Source: Alphaproteobacteria bacterium (GTDB taxonomy: Bacteria; Pseudomonadota; Alphaproteobacteria; GCA-2731375). Taken from it: a DNA stretch of 64,000 bases. Location of the stretch: the NCBI GenBank assembly GCA_965232515.1, contig CBDDPY010000002.1:2464001-2528000 (forward strand), read 5' to 3'. Under the pieces are notes generated by a model that had not been told where the DNA came from, made no database searches, and was given only the letters and a program-made list of their open reading frames with translations. This document shows positions 47,270-56,968 of this stretch, one piece after another. Within the stretch, counting starts at the first letter, position 1, and each line of letters starts with the position of its first letter. Position numbers and translations under genes: made by a program.

Positions 47270-49216
47270 TCAGCTCGACCGCGGCTCGACGATCATCCGC
47301 CCGCGCATCTCCATGTGCAGCGCGTGGCAGAACCACTGGCAGTAAAACCAGTGCACGCCCGGCCGGTCGGCGATGAAGGTCGCCGATGCGGTCGCCTGCG
47401 GCCCGACCTCGAAGGCGATGCCGTGATTGCCCAGCGTGAAGCCGTGCGTCAGGTCGTCGACATCGTCCAGGTTGGTGACATAGATCGTCACCTCGTCGCC
47501 CTGCTTCACCGTGAACTTCTCCATTGAGAATTCCGGCGCCACCGAGGTCATGTAGACGCGGACCTTGTTGCCGTCACGGATCGGCGCGTCGGCGCCGTCG
47601 TCCAAATCGACGCCATCGGCCGCGGCCTGCTGGCGCGCGTCCTCCCACATCGGATCGTCACGTTCCCAGATCGAGGCCGGGCTGACCTTCGACCTGTGCA
47701 CGATGATGCAGTCATGGGGCTCGGCGAAGGTCGGCCCGTCATGCACCACCTTGGGCTGGTCGGTGGAGATGTCGAGCAGTTGCTCGTTCTCCGGCTTCAG
47801 CGGTCCAACATTCAGGAACCGGTCCTTGGAGAACTTGTTCAGCGACACCAGCCACTTGCCGTCGGCCTCCTTGGTCTCGCCCATGCTGCTGTGGTTGTGG
47901 CCCGGCTGATACTGCACGTCGGTCTTGGCCAGGATCGGATCGACGTTCTCGCCGGCATACTGACGGATCGCCGCCTCCATGTTCCACTTCGCCATCTGGC
48001 TGTCGAGGAACAGCGTCGTGTAGCAGTTGCCTTTGCCGTCGAACGCCGTGTGCAGGGGCCCCAAGCCCAGCTCCGGCTCGGCCACGACGCAGGACCGCGG
48101 ATCGGCGCCGCTCTCGAACAGGGCATCGACCTTGGTCACGTCGAGCACGGTCACCGTCGGCGACAGCTTGCCGTTGATCACCACGTGCCGCCCGTCCGGC
48201 GCCGTGTTGCAGCCGTGCGGGCTGTTGGGGATCGGCACATAGGCCGTATAGGGCGAGCCCTTGCGGCCGTCCAGCACCGGCACGCCGTTATGACGCTCGA
48301 AGTCGCCGTTGCGGACGCCTTCCTCGATCCGCTTGATGTTGAAGATAACGGCCCAGTCGGTCTCGCTCTCCGTCATCTCCGCCAGGGTCACGCCGCCTTC
48401 GGAGTTGTAGCAGGTCGAGAAGGCGTATTTGCCCTGATAGTCGGCGTCGCAATTGTCCAGATTGCCGTCGACGATGACCTGCCAGGCGACCTCCATGCTG
48501 TCGCCGTCGATGGCCGAGAAGATCGCCACGTATTTCTCGGGATCGTCCAGGATCATGCCGTCGTTCGGCAGCGGAATGCGGTGCTCGCCGTTCGCGAACA
48601 CATAGCCGGTGCGCGGGAACTTCTGCGGCCGCAGGCCGTGGATGTCGCTGGCGTTCGGGATCTCGATGATCTTGTCGCACTTCATGACGTCGCAGCGGAC
48701 GCGCGCGACCCGCGTGTTGGCCTTGTCGTTCATGAACAGGTAACGGCCGTCATAGGTGCCGTCGGTGAACGACATATGCGGGTGGTGCAGGTCGCCATTG
48801 GCATAGGTCTGCATACCGTGCGCGGCCAGGTACTCCTTGGTCTCGGGCAGCAAGCCCTCGGTCATGACCTTCAGGCTCTCGTTGGTCTGACCCCAGCCGG
48901 TGGCGCTGCAGCGGTTGAACACCGGCACCCGCATCAGCTCGCGCATCGACGGCATGCCGATGATGCGCAGTTCGCCCGATTGGCCGCTCGACCAGAAGCC
49001 GTAATACTCGTCGAGCTCGCCGGGGGCCAGCGCGTGGCTGTGTTCGTGGCTCGCCGCGCGGGCCGGCTGAACGAGGCTCTGGCCAACCACGGCCGCCGCG
49101 CCGCCGCCCATGGCGCCCGCCGCCAGCACGGTCGTCGCCGTGCCGCCCAGCATGTTCCGGCGCGAGACGGTGATGCCGTCTTCAGTCTCGTCGGTCTTCG
49201 TCGTCTTGTCGGTCAT
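47270..49216 (-). CDS. nosZ: Nitrous-oxide reductase, clade I (Tat-dependent)
   Basis: SRRNML Tat motif; CuZ motifs DLHHPH, DIHG, SPHG, GPLH, PGH, EPHD; CuA motif HGF...[12 protein letters not shown]. Confidence 0.98.
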   Translation of the reverse strand: MTDKTTKTDETEDGITVSRRNMLGGTATTVLAAGAMGGGAAAVVGQSLVQPARAASHEHSHALAPGELDEYYGFWSSGQSGELRIIGMPSMRELMRVPVFNRCSATGWGQTNESLKVMTEGLLPETKEYLAAHGMQTYANGDLHHPHMSFTDGTYDGRYLFMNDKANTRVARVRCDVMKCDKIIEIPNASDIHGLRPQKFPRTGYVFANGEHRIPLPNDGMILDDPEKYVAIFSAIDGDSMEVAWQVIVDGNLDNCDADYQGKYAFSTCYNSEGGVTLAEMTESETDWAVIFNIKRIEEGVRNGDFERHNGVPVLDGRKGSPYTAYVPIPNSPHGCNTAPDGRHVVINGKLSPTVTVLDVTKVDALFESGADPRSCVVAEPELGLGPLHTAFDGKGNCYTTLFLDSQMAKWNMEAAIRQYAGENVDPILAKTDVQYQPGHNHSSMGETKEADGKWLVSLNKFSKDRFLNVGPLKPENEQLLDISTDQPKVVHDGPTFAEPHDCIIVHRSKVSPASIWERDDPMWEDARQQAAADGVDLDDGADAPIRDGNKVRVYMTSVAPEFSMEKFTVKQGDEVTIYVTNLDDVDDLTHGFTLGNHGIAFEVGPQATASATFIADRPGVHWFYCQWFCHALHMEMRGRMIVEPRSS

Positions 49217-49249
49217 TGTCGTCCTCCTCGCTGTTTGTCTTTCAGGGAT

Positions 49250-51406
49250 TCATTCGGCCGCCATCTGCCCGGTCTCCCCGAGCAGCAGGGCGCGGCGTTT
49301 GCGTTTCTTGATGCAGACCGGGCATTTCTGGTCGTGCTGGTAGAGCACTTGGCAGTGCATGCAGTAGAGGCACTCGTTCGGGCTGATGCGGCCGTCGGGA
49401 TGGATCGCCTGCACCATGCATTCGGCCGAACAGCGCTGGCACGGATTGCCGCACTCGCGATAGCGGTTCATCCACTCGAACACGCGCATCTTGGCCGGGA
49501 TCGCCAGCGCCGCGCCCAGCGGACACAGGTAGCGGCAGTAGAAGCGCTCCACGAACAGCCCGGCGATCAGCAGCACGGCGACGAAGGCGACGAACGGCCA
49601 GGCCCGCTGGAATTTCAGGATGATCGCCGTCTTGAACGGCTCGACTTCGGCGAAGCGCTCGGCCAGCGGCAACGAATAGAGCGACAGGCCGAACAGCGCC
49701 AGAAAGATCATGTATTTGATCGGCCACAGCCGCTCGTGCAGCGCCCAGGGCACCGTCCATTGCGGAATGCGGCAGAGCTTCGCCGCCCGGTTCAGCAGCT
49801 CCTGCAGCGCGCCGAACGGGCAGAGCCAGCCGCAGAACACGCCGCGGCCCCAGAAGATCAGCGACGCCGCCAGGCTGAACCACAGGATGAAGACCAGCGG
49901 GTCGATCAGGAAGGCGTCCCAGCTGAACTCGTTCGCCAGCGCGTTCGCCAGCGCCAGCACGTTGACGACCGAGAGCTGCGCGTTCGCGTACCAGCCCAGC
50001 CAGCCGAGCGTGAACACCATGAAGCCGATACGAAACCAGAAGACGTAGGTCTCGTTCCGCGTCAGCGGCAGCTGGAAGAAGAAGAACACCGTCAGCACCA
50101 CCAACGCCGTCACCAGGATGGCGATGTCGACGGCGCGGTCGCGCCAGATCCGCTGCCACAGCGCCGCCTTCGCCGCTGCCTCGTCGTCGGTGTCGATGCC
50201 GGGTGCCAGAGCGCTCGTGGCCGCCGTGGGAATTTCGCGCAAATAGGTCCCGGGCAGCCGGTAGGCCATGTCGAAGGTCAGGAACGATTTCTTGATCGGC
50301 CCGACGGCGCGCTGCACCAGCAGCTGCAGGCGCCAGGGCCGGGTCGGATCGAAGCCGGAATCGGCCGGAATCCGAAACAGGTCGAGCTCGTTGAAGCTGG
50401 GCGCGCCGGCGGCCGCGATCTGTCCCAGCCGGCGGTGCTGCTTGTCTCGGAACCGCACGCTCAGATCGCCCTGCACGACCTGAATACGGTCGAACAGGCC
50501 GCCGCGCACGTAGCCCGAGCCCTTGAACGAATAGCGCCCGCGTCCGGCCACCAGGATCGCGTGTTCGCCCGCGGCCAGCTCGGATGTCAGGTTCCCGTAT
50601 TCGGCCTCGCCCAGCAGGCTCAAGCCGATCGCCGGCACGCTGACCAGCGCCGCCTGCATGTCGATGAAGGTCTCGGTCGCCGCGCCCGGTTCCGGCCGCG
50701 CCGCCGCCGCCTCGTCGCCGATGTCGCGAAAGGCCTGGTTGACCTGACCGATATCGAGCGTCAGCCGGCGGACGGCGCCGTCGCCGCTCAGGTCCATCCA
50801 GGACCGCACATCCTGCAGCGACGTATCGATTTCATAGACCGGACCCGCCGGCGGCGCCTTTGGCGCCAGACCGCCCAGCCCCAGGGCGCGGGCGACCTTC
50901 AGGCCGGCGCGCACGATCGAATCGTCGATCACGATGATCGTTACCGTGGCGCCGGAGATGATTTCCAGCTCGTGCCCGGACCCCTCCTTCTCGGCCTCGA
51001 CCTTCAGGTCGAGCCCGACATAGCGCTGGGTCAGCGCCTGGATCTTGCGCTCGGGGATACCGATCAGCACGATCGGCTCGGCATGCTCGACCAGGCGCAG
51101 GCCGGTCACCACGGCGTCGCCGTCGATGCCGACAACCGTGTGGATCGGCTTGCCGGAATAGCCCGTGGTCGAGACGAAATCCGAGGTCAGGAAGGCCCAG
51201 CCGACGGTGTCGCCGCCCTTCAGCAGCGGCACGGCGGGAAGGTCGGACCGCGGCTTGCCGTAACGGTCCGCCGATGGATTGAGGTCGGCCGGTTTCAGCC
51301 GGTCCAGGAACTTCGCCAGCAAGGCGCCGTCTCCCGTCGCCGCCTGCGCGGTTAGGGATGGCTGCGCGATGAGCAGCATCAGCAACGAAAGGATGATCCG
51401 TGCCAT
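49250..51406 (-). CDS. nosR: NosR membrane flavo/Fe-S protein
   Basis: GYSGKPI, ISGATVT (FMN site), FCGWLCPFG, FYCRYLCPLG, C-terminal 4Fe-4S Cys clusters. Confidence 0.96.
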   Translation of the reverse strand: MARIILSLLMLLIAQPSLTAQAATGDGALLAKFLDRLKPADLNPSADRYGKPRSDLPAVPLLKGGDTVGWAFLTSDFVSTTGYSGKPIHTVVGIDGDAVVTGLRLVEHAEPIVLIGIPERKIQALTQRYVGLDLKVEAEKEGSGHELEIISGATVTIIVIDDSIVRAGLKVARALGLGGLAPKAPPAGPVYEIDTSLQDVRSWMDLSGDGAVRRLTLDIGQVNQAFRDIGDEAAAARPEPGAATETFIDMQAALVSVPAIGLSLLGEAEYGNLTSELAAGEHAILVAGRGRYSFKGSGYVRGGLFDRIQVVQGDLSVRFRDKQHRRLGQIAAAGAPSFNELDLFRIPADSGFDPTRPWRLQLLVQRAVGPIKKSFLTFDMAYRLPGTYLREIPTAATSALAPGIDTDDEAAAKAALWQRIWRDRAVDIAILVTALVVLTVFFFFQLPLTRNETYVFWFRIGFMVFTLGWLGWYANAQLSVVNVLALANALANEFSWDAFLIDPLVFILWFSLAASLIFWGRGVFCGWLCPFGALQELLNRAAKLCRIPQWTVPWALHERLWPIKYMIFLALFGLSLYSLPLAERFAEVEPFKTAIILKFQRAWPFVAFVAVLLIAGLFVERFYCRYLCPLGAALAIPAKMRVFEWMNRYRECGNPCQRCSAECMVQAIHPDGRISPNECLYCMHCQVLYQHDQKCPVCIKKRKRRALLLGETGQMAAE

Positions 51407-51481
51407 TCGCCGACGCCCTGCCCCGCGCGCGTTGAATGCTTCAAAACGCCATCACTGTTTCAAATTCGCGTGCGCCGGTAT

Positions 51482-51495
51482 TTGACTTTGGTTAG
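51482..51495 (-). promoter_or_regulatory. DNR/NNR-type box between nosR and the regulator
   Basis: Minus strand CTAAC-CAAA-GTCAA resembles TTAAC-N4-GTCAA, about 80 bp upstream of nosR. Confidence 0.5.
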
Positions 51496-51564
51496 CCGAG
51501 GGCGAAAATCGGCCAGAGAAGGCAGGACGTTGTCCGCCGAACGCCAAGCTGGGATGTCACGCGT

Positions 51565-52275
51565 ATGCAGGACCAGGCTGACGAGACCTTGTCGACGTTC
51601 CTGCGGCGGAACCCGCTGTTCAGCGATCTGTCGGACGCCGATTTCGCCGACATCGCCGCGCGCATCCGCGAGGTTACGGTGCCGCGCGGATCGGCGGTGT
51701 TCAATCAGGACGACCCGGCGCACACCTTCTTCATCGTCATCGACGGCTGGGTGAAGGTGTTCCGCACGACGATGGCCGGCGAGGAAGCGGTGATCGGCGT
51801 GTTCACCCGGGGCCAGAGCTTCGCCGAGATCGCCGCCCTGGCGCGGCAGAACTATCCGGCGCACGCGCATGCCGTGACCGATGCACGCCTCGCCGAAATT
51901 CCCGTCGATCGCATCGTCGGCAGCATCGCGCATAACCCCGAGGTGGCGCTGGTCATGCTGGCCTCCATCTCGCGCCATGTGCGCCGCCTCGTCGACGAGA
52001 TCGAGAGCATGAAGGGCCTGTCGGGCATCCAGCGCGTCGCCGAATTCCTGATCGCCCAGAGCCCGGTCGAGAGCGGCGCCTGCACCGTGCGCCTGCCCTA
52101 CGAAAAGGCGCTGATCGCGGCCAAGCTCGGCATGAAAGCCGAGAGCCTGTCGCGCGTGTTCCAGCGCCTGCGAAAGTTCGGCGTGCATATCAAGCGCGAC
52201 ATGGCCGTGATCAACGACGTCGAGGCCCTGCACGACGTCGTCGAGCGCGAGCGGCTTTCGGCCGAATCCAGCTAG
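51565..52275 (+). CDS. Crp/Fnr-family regulator (DNR/NnrR-like)
   Basis: GWVKVFR, SFAEIA, LPYEKALIA.KLGM.AESLSR HTH; lacks the FNR N-terminal Cys cluster. Confidence 0.92.
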   Translation: MQDQADETLSTFLRRNPLFSDLSDADFADIAARIREVTVPRGSAVFNQDDPAHTFFIVIDGWVKVFRTTMAGEEAVIGVFTRGQSFAEIAALARQNYPAHAHAVTDARLAEIPVDRIVGSIAHNPEVALVMLASISRHVRRLVDEIESMKGLSGIQRVAEFLIAQSPVESGACTVRLPYEKALIAAKLGMKAESLSRVFQRLRKFGVHIKRDMAVINDVEALHDVVERERLSAESS

Positions 52276-52293
52276 CCTGACGCCCCCTCCCGC

Positions 52294-52315
52294 ACCTGTG
52301 TGACAGCTCACAGGT
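52294..52315. promoter_or_regulatory. CRP-like palindrome
   Basis: ACCTGTG-TGACAGCT-CACAGGT, containing TGTGT-N6-TCACA. Confidence 0.4.
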
Positions 52316-52496
52316 TCCGCCGGACCCTAGCCCCACATTGCCCTTTGGACAGATCGTCCGTTTCTGGCGGCCACCGCCGCATAACTACAGATCATGGACT
52401 AGTGACGGTGCGCCGATTCGAGAACATTCCGACAAGCCGAGCGACATCGTTCGGTGCCTGCATCGAGCCGGACCAACCAAAAAATGGAACGCAGCC

Positions 52497-53297
52497 ATGA
52501 ATGACACGACCAGCGGGCAAGTCATACGCAGCGCCGCCGACGTTTACGAGGAATTCTTCGTGCCGGCGCTGTTTCGGGAATGGGCCGGGCGCGTCGCCTC
52601 GGCGGCGGGCATCGCGCCCGGCCAGTATGTGCTGGACGTCGCCTGCGGCACCGGCGTGCTGGCGCGCGAGGCCGCGGAACGGACCGGGCCGGACGGCGCG
52701 GTGACCGGCATCGACCGCAACGAGGGCATGCTTGCCGTCGCCGGCCGGGTCGCGCCCGGCATCGACTGGCAATACGGGCTCGCCGAATCCCTGCCGTTCG
52801 ACGACGGCCGCTTCGACGCCGTCGTCAGCCAGTTCGGCCTGATGTTCTTCGAGGACCGCACCGCGGCGCTGGCCGAAATGTGGCGCGTGCTGCGCCCCGG
52901 CGGACGTCTCGCCGTCGCGGTCTGGGACGCGCTCGGCCGCACGCCCGGCTATGCCGCCATGACGGACCTGTTGCAGCGGCTGTTCGGCGACGCCGCCGCC
53001 GATTCCATCCGGGCACCCTACGTGCTTGGCGATCCCAAGGATCTGCAATCACTGTTCACGGCCGCCGGCATCCCGGAGGCCAGAACCGAGACGCAGAACG
53101 GCACCGCCCGCTTCCCCTCGATCGAGGCCTGGGTGCACACCGACGTCAAGGGCTGGACGCTCGCCGACATGATCGACGACGCACAGTACGAGACGCTGCG
53201 CCGCGCGGCGATCCAGGAGCTCGGCGGCTTCAAGCAGTGCGACGGCACCGTCGCCTTCCGCGCCCCCGCCCACATCGTCACCGCAACGAAGCACTGA
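52497..53297 (+). CDS. Class I SAM methyltransferase (UbiE-like)
   Basis: VLDVACGTG, LPFDD..FD.V..QFGLMFF, RVLRPGG. Confidence 0.9.
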   Translation: MNDTTSGQVIRSAADVYEEFFVPALFREWAGRVASAAGIAPGQYVLDVACGTGVLAREAAERTGPDGAVTGIDRNEGMLAVAGRVAPGIDWQYGLAESLPFDDGRFDAVVSQFGLMFFEDRTAALAEMWRVLRPGGRLAVAVWDALGRTPGYAAMTDLLQRLFGDAAADSIRAPYVLGDPKDLQSLFTAAGIPEARTETQNGTARFPSIEAWVHTDVKGWTLADMIDDAQYETLRRAAIQELGGFKQCDGTVAFRAPAHIVTATKH

Positions 53298-53311
53298 ATC
53301 GGTCGCGGACC

Positions 53312-54706
53312 TCACAAATCCTCGACGGTGACAGGGAACAGCGGCGCCAGATCGTCGACCGGCATCACGTGGTAGAGCGTGAAGCGGTAGGCCGTGCCGG
53401 CGGCCAGCTCCGGCGGCGTGAACGGAAACGCCAGGTTGCCGCCGGTCGACAGCCGGCCGGGAAAGCCGTGGTGCAGCAGATACTGCTTGGTGACGCCCGC
53501 CACCATGCGCGCCGCCGCCACGCTGGCGGCGATGCATTCGACCAGGATGAAGACCTCGTGCGGTGCATCGCCTCCGCGCGCCGGACCGACGCCGTCGCGG
53601 CCATAGACATGCACATGGAACTGAAAATCGCCGCCGGTCTGGCCGGCCACCAGCTCGCGCACCGTCGCCTCGACCCGCGGCAGGATCTCGTCCAGGCCGG
53701 CGATGAAGCGCGGATCGGCGCTGGCGCACAGCAGCACCGCCCGCTCGCCGACCCATGCGGCGCCCTCGACCTTCACGCTCGGCCGCGCCGCCGGTTCCCA
53801 GCGCGCGCCCGTGACGCAGCAGCGGTGCGCGTCGACCGCGTCGTAGCGCGCCGTGTCCAGATGCAGCACGCCGTCCGGCTCGGCCACGCGGTAAGGATCG
53901 GCCTGCTCGTAGAGCGCGTGCGCGGCGACCGACATCGGCGTGGCGTGCCGCTCGGGGTTCATGCTTTCCAGGACGAAACTGTCGCCCTCGAGCGTGCCCA
54001 GCATGGCGTCGCGGCCCCCGGGCTCGCAGCAGATCGACGTACACTCGATAATCTTCGCCATGTGCATCGACGCCGCGTCGTCGTAGCCCAGCATCTGCGG
54101 CACGGCCGCGAACACGGCGGTGTCGCAGGCCCGCCCGGCGACGATCACGTCAGGATCCAGATCCAGCGCGCGCCGGAACGCTTCGGTGCCTATCTGGCCG
54201 ACGATGTGGTCGCTCCGTTCGATGTCGTCGGCCGCGACCGCGGGCATGGCGCCGAGTGGCGTCAACGTGCCGTCCCGCAACGCCGTCTGCACAAATGCCT
54301 TCGGGATATCCGCCGCGATGGTCGCCAGCCGGAAGCGCAGCCCGTCGGCGCGGGCGATATCCCGAATCAGCTCGACGGTCGCGTCGAGATGCGGCGCCGC
54401 GCCGGCCGTGCCGGCGCTGCCGATCAGCAGCGGCACGTCGAGATCGCGCGCGCCACGCAGCACCAGCGTCAGATCGCGCCGGGTCAGCTCCGGCGACGTC
54501 GCCATGCGCCCCGCGCCCAGGTAATAGGGCCCGGGATCGATCGAGCCCATGTCGCAGCCGATGAAATCGGGCTCGCGCGCCAGCCCGGCCCGCAACGCCG
54601 CCTCGGGAATGCCGTAGCCGAGTTGTCCCGACGCGGCGAGCGCCTTGAGCGGGCCCGGCTCGGCCCGCGCCGCGAAGCGTTCGCGCAGCCGCGCCGTGGC
54701 GCTCAC
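53312..54706 (-). CDS. AtuA (DUF1446)-family protein
   Basis: GQLGYG, DMGSIDPGPYYLG, IGSAGTAG, GRACD, AKIIEC, AHALYE. GTG start overlaps the upstream stop (GTGA). Confidence 0.85.
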   Translation of the reverse strand: MSATARLRERFAARAEPGPLKALAASGQLGYGIPEAALRAGLAREPDFIGCDMGSIDPGPYYLGAGRMATSPELTRRDLTLVLRGARDLDVPLLIGSAGTAGAAPHLDATVELIRDIARADGLRFRLATIAADIPKAFVQTALRDGTLTPLGAMPAVAADDIERSDHIVGQIGTEAFRRALDLDPDVIVAGRACDTAVFAAVPQMLGYDDAASMHMAKIIECTSICCEPGGRDAMLGTLEGDSFVLESMNPERHATPMSVAAHALYEQADPYRVAEPDGVLHLDTARYDAVDAHRCCVTGARWEPAARPSVKVEGAAWVGERAVLLCASADPRFIAGLDEILPRVEATVRELVAGQTGGDFQFHVHVYGRDGVGPARGGDAPHEVFILVECIAASVAAARMVAGVTKQYLLHHGFPGRLSTGGNLAFPFTPPELAAGTAYRFTLYHVMPVDDLAPLFPVTVEDL

Positions 54707-55005
54707 AGCTCCAGATCCAACAGCGGCCCGTGCTGCTGTGCGCCGTAGACGTCGCTGTCGCCCGGACTGCCGGCGACGATCTTTCGGTCCAGCACCAGCT
54801 TGATGGCGTGCGCCGGCGCATAGGGCAGCACCCGCACGGCCTCGGGCGCAAGCCCATAGAGGCCGGCGATGTTGGACGGCACCAGCGCCGGCGACTGCCG
54901 CGCCCGCTCGAACGCCGCGGCGTCGTTGAACATCAGGTCCACCGTCACCGTCAGCGGCCCGGCATTCTTGCTGCGCACCACGCGGGCAGCCTCGATCAGC
55001 CTCAT
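54703..55005 (-). CDS. DUF4387-family protein
   Basis: RSKNAGP..T.D, D.DVYGAQQHGPLL. Confidence 0.88.
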   Translation of the reverse strand: MRLIEAARVVRSKNAGPLTVTVDLMFNDAAAFERARQSPALVPSNIAGLYGLAPEAVRVLPYAPAHAIKLVLDRKIVAGSPGDSDVYGAQQHGPLLDLEL

Positions 55006-55910
55006 CCGCCCTGCCGGTCGCGGTAGGCATCCGCGATCGCGCCCGCCGTCGCCGCCCAGACGCCGTCATGCCCCATGATGTGCGCCAGTGCCTCGTCGAG
55101 ATAGCGGATGCGGTGCGCCTGCCCGAAGATCCAGGGGTGGATGCCAAGGCTCATCATGCGCCCGTCCTCGGCGCCCTCCGCGTGGAGCCGGTCGAACGCC
55201 GTGCCGACGATCTCGGGATAGCGCCAGGTGGCGATGCGCCTGAGCCAGATCAGCTGCGCGTCGTCCCAGTCGACATGGTACGGCAGCGAGACCATCGGCC
55301 GGTCCAACGTCAGCATGTAGGGCTGGTCGTCGTTCGGCCAGTCGCCAAGCCAGTCGAGCCCGGCGTCCGCCAGCAGCTCCGGCGTCCGTGGCGTCTCGCC
55401 CATGTCCTGGCTGATCCAGCCGCGCGGCCGCTGCCCGGTGGCATTCTCGACGGCCTCGATCGATTGCGCGATATAGGCGCGCTCCTCGGCCTCGTCCATG
55501 CGGCTGTTGAGCATGCGCGTCGCATGCGTGCCGTGCGCCGCGAATTCCCAACCACGCGCCCGGCACTGATCGATCAGATAGGGATAGCGTTCGCACACGG
55601 CCGCGTTCACCGCCACCGTCACCGGCAGCTTGTACTTGTCCAGCACTTCCAGCACCCGGAAGAACCCGACACGGTTGCCGTATTCGCGCGTCGAATAGGT
55701 GCGGTATTCCGGCGCAAAGTTGCCGAATTCACCGCGATAGCGCGGGTCCCGATGACTGTCCTCGGGCGGATCGAGCTCGTAATACTCCAGGTAGAGCACG
55801 GTCCAGAGCGCCACCCGCGCGCGGTCCGGCCAGACGAGCTTCGGCCGCTGCGGCAGCGGCGAATATGTGTAGAGCGCGTGGTCCATGCCCGGCGGATGCG
55901 GCTTACGCAT
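55002..55910 (-). CDS. Polysaccharide deacetylase-family protein (PuuE-like)
   Basis: RP...WP..ARVA, EYGNRVGF.R, GWEF.AHG, DWPNDDQPY, HPWIFGQ.HR. Confidence 0.88.
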   Translation of the reverse strand: MRKPHPPGMDHALYTYSPLPQRPKLVWPDRARVALWTVLYLEYYELDPPEDSHRDPRYRGEFGNFAPEYRTYSTREYGNRVGFFRVLEVLDKYKLPVTVAVNAAVCERYPYLIDQCRARGWEFAAHGTHATRMLNSRMDEAEERAYIAQSIEAVENATGQRPRGWISQDMGETPRTPELLADAGLDWLGDWPNDDQPYMLTLDRPMVSLPYHVDWDDAQLIWLRRIATWRYPEIVGTAFDRLHAEGAEDGRMMSLGIHPWIFGQAHRIRYLDEALAHIMGHDGVWAATAGAIADAYRDRQGG

Positions 55911-56823
55911 GGCGCGCCTCCTTCGTGGCCGCGATGTGCGCCTGCACCTCGTCCCAGCAATGTTCGTAGTACCAGTCGGCCATTTCCTCGCCGGTCGCCT
56001 GCCAGACGCCGTCATGGCCCATCACGTAAGCGAGCGCGTCCTCGATGTGTTTCAGGCGATGCGGCTGGCCGACCCAGTAGGGATGCAGCGCCACGCACAT
56101 GACCCGGCCGCCGCCGTTGCCGTCGCGCGCGGTCTCGGCATAGAGCTGGTCGAAATAGTCGCGGATCATCCGGCCCATGTCGTCGGCCTCGAACGGCTGG
56201 TTGTAAAGGACGGCGTCGTTCAGCTCCATGGAGTAAGGCAGCGTGATCAGCCGGCCCGAGCGCACGTTCATGGGGAACGGCTGGTCGTCGTGGAACCAGT
56301 CGCAGAAGTATTTGATGCCGGCCTCGGCCACCAGGTCGGGCGTGTTCAACGTGTGCGACACCGCCGGCGAGAACCAGCCCGGAAGCTGCCGGCCGGTCAG
56401 CCGTCGGAAGGTCTCGATATTGTCGCGAACGTATTCCCGCTCCTCGTCCTCCGGCATGTTCCAGAGATATTCCGTGTTGTAGATGCCATGGCTGAAATAG
56501 TCCCAGCCGCGCGCCTCGCAGCCTTCGAAGATCGCCGGGTAATGCTCGAACGCCGCCAGGTTCAGCGACACCGTGCATTTAATGCCGAGCCGGTCCATCG
56601 ACTCGAACAGCCGCCACATGCCGACACGGTTGCCGTAGTCCTTGATGCCGTAGCCCAGCACGTCCGGGTGAGGCATACGCGGCCAGGGATCGCGCACCCT
56701 GACCGGTCCCGGCAAATACTGATAGTGCTCGATGTTGGGACAGACCCACAGCGCCACCCGCGCCCCGCCCGGCCATCTGAGCGGCGGCCGCGCGACAATC
56801 GGCGAATAGTCAATCCGCTCCAT
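55903..56823 (-). CDS. Polysaccharide deacetylase-family protein (PuuE-like)
   Basis: RPPLRWPGGARVA, DYGNRVGMWR, DWFHDDQP, PYSMELND, LHPYWVGQPHR. SD GGAGGAG upstream. Confidence 0.9.
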   Translation of the reverse strand: MERIDYSPIVARPPLRWPGGARVALWVCPNIEHYQYLPGPVRVRDPWPRMPHPDVLGYGIKDYGNRVGMWRLFESMDRLGIKCTVSLNLAAFEHYPAIFEGCEARGWDYFSHGIYNTEYLWNMPEDEEREYVRDNIETFRRLTGRQLPGWFSPAVSHTLNTPDLVAEAGIKYFCDWFHDDQPFPMNVRSGRLITLPYSMELNDAVLYNQPFEADDMGRMIRDYFDQLYAETARDGNGGGRVMCVALHPYWVGQPHRLKHIEDALAYVMGHDGVWQATGEEMADWYYEHCWDEVQAHIAATKEARHA

Positions 56824-56847
56824 TCTGCAACTCCTCCAAAAACCGAT

Positions 56848-56957
56848 TTCACCACAGAGGGCACAGAGGACACAGAGACTCAACAACCTGCTTTTTCGGC
56901 GCTTCGCGCCAACAAACCTTTTTGTTTCTCTGTGTTCTCTGTGTTCTCTGTGGTGAA
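56848..56957. repeat. Palindromic MITE-like element with 9-bp-period CACAGAG arms (copy 1)
   Basis: TTCACCACAGAG-GGCACAGAG-GACACAGAG...CTCTGTG-TT-CTCTGTG-TT-CTCTGTGGTGAA. Confidence 0.85.
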
Positions 56958-56968
56958 CTTTCCCTGGT

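Noticed and set aside
8584-51355. Very long alternative ORFs (8584..11505 +, 14275..17301 +, 24829..27006 +, 28646..32296 -, 47696..51355 +)
   Set aside because: They are antisense shadows of well-supported genes. High GC suppresses stop codons, and the translations carry no recognisable domain motifs.
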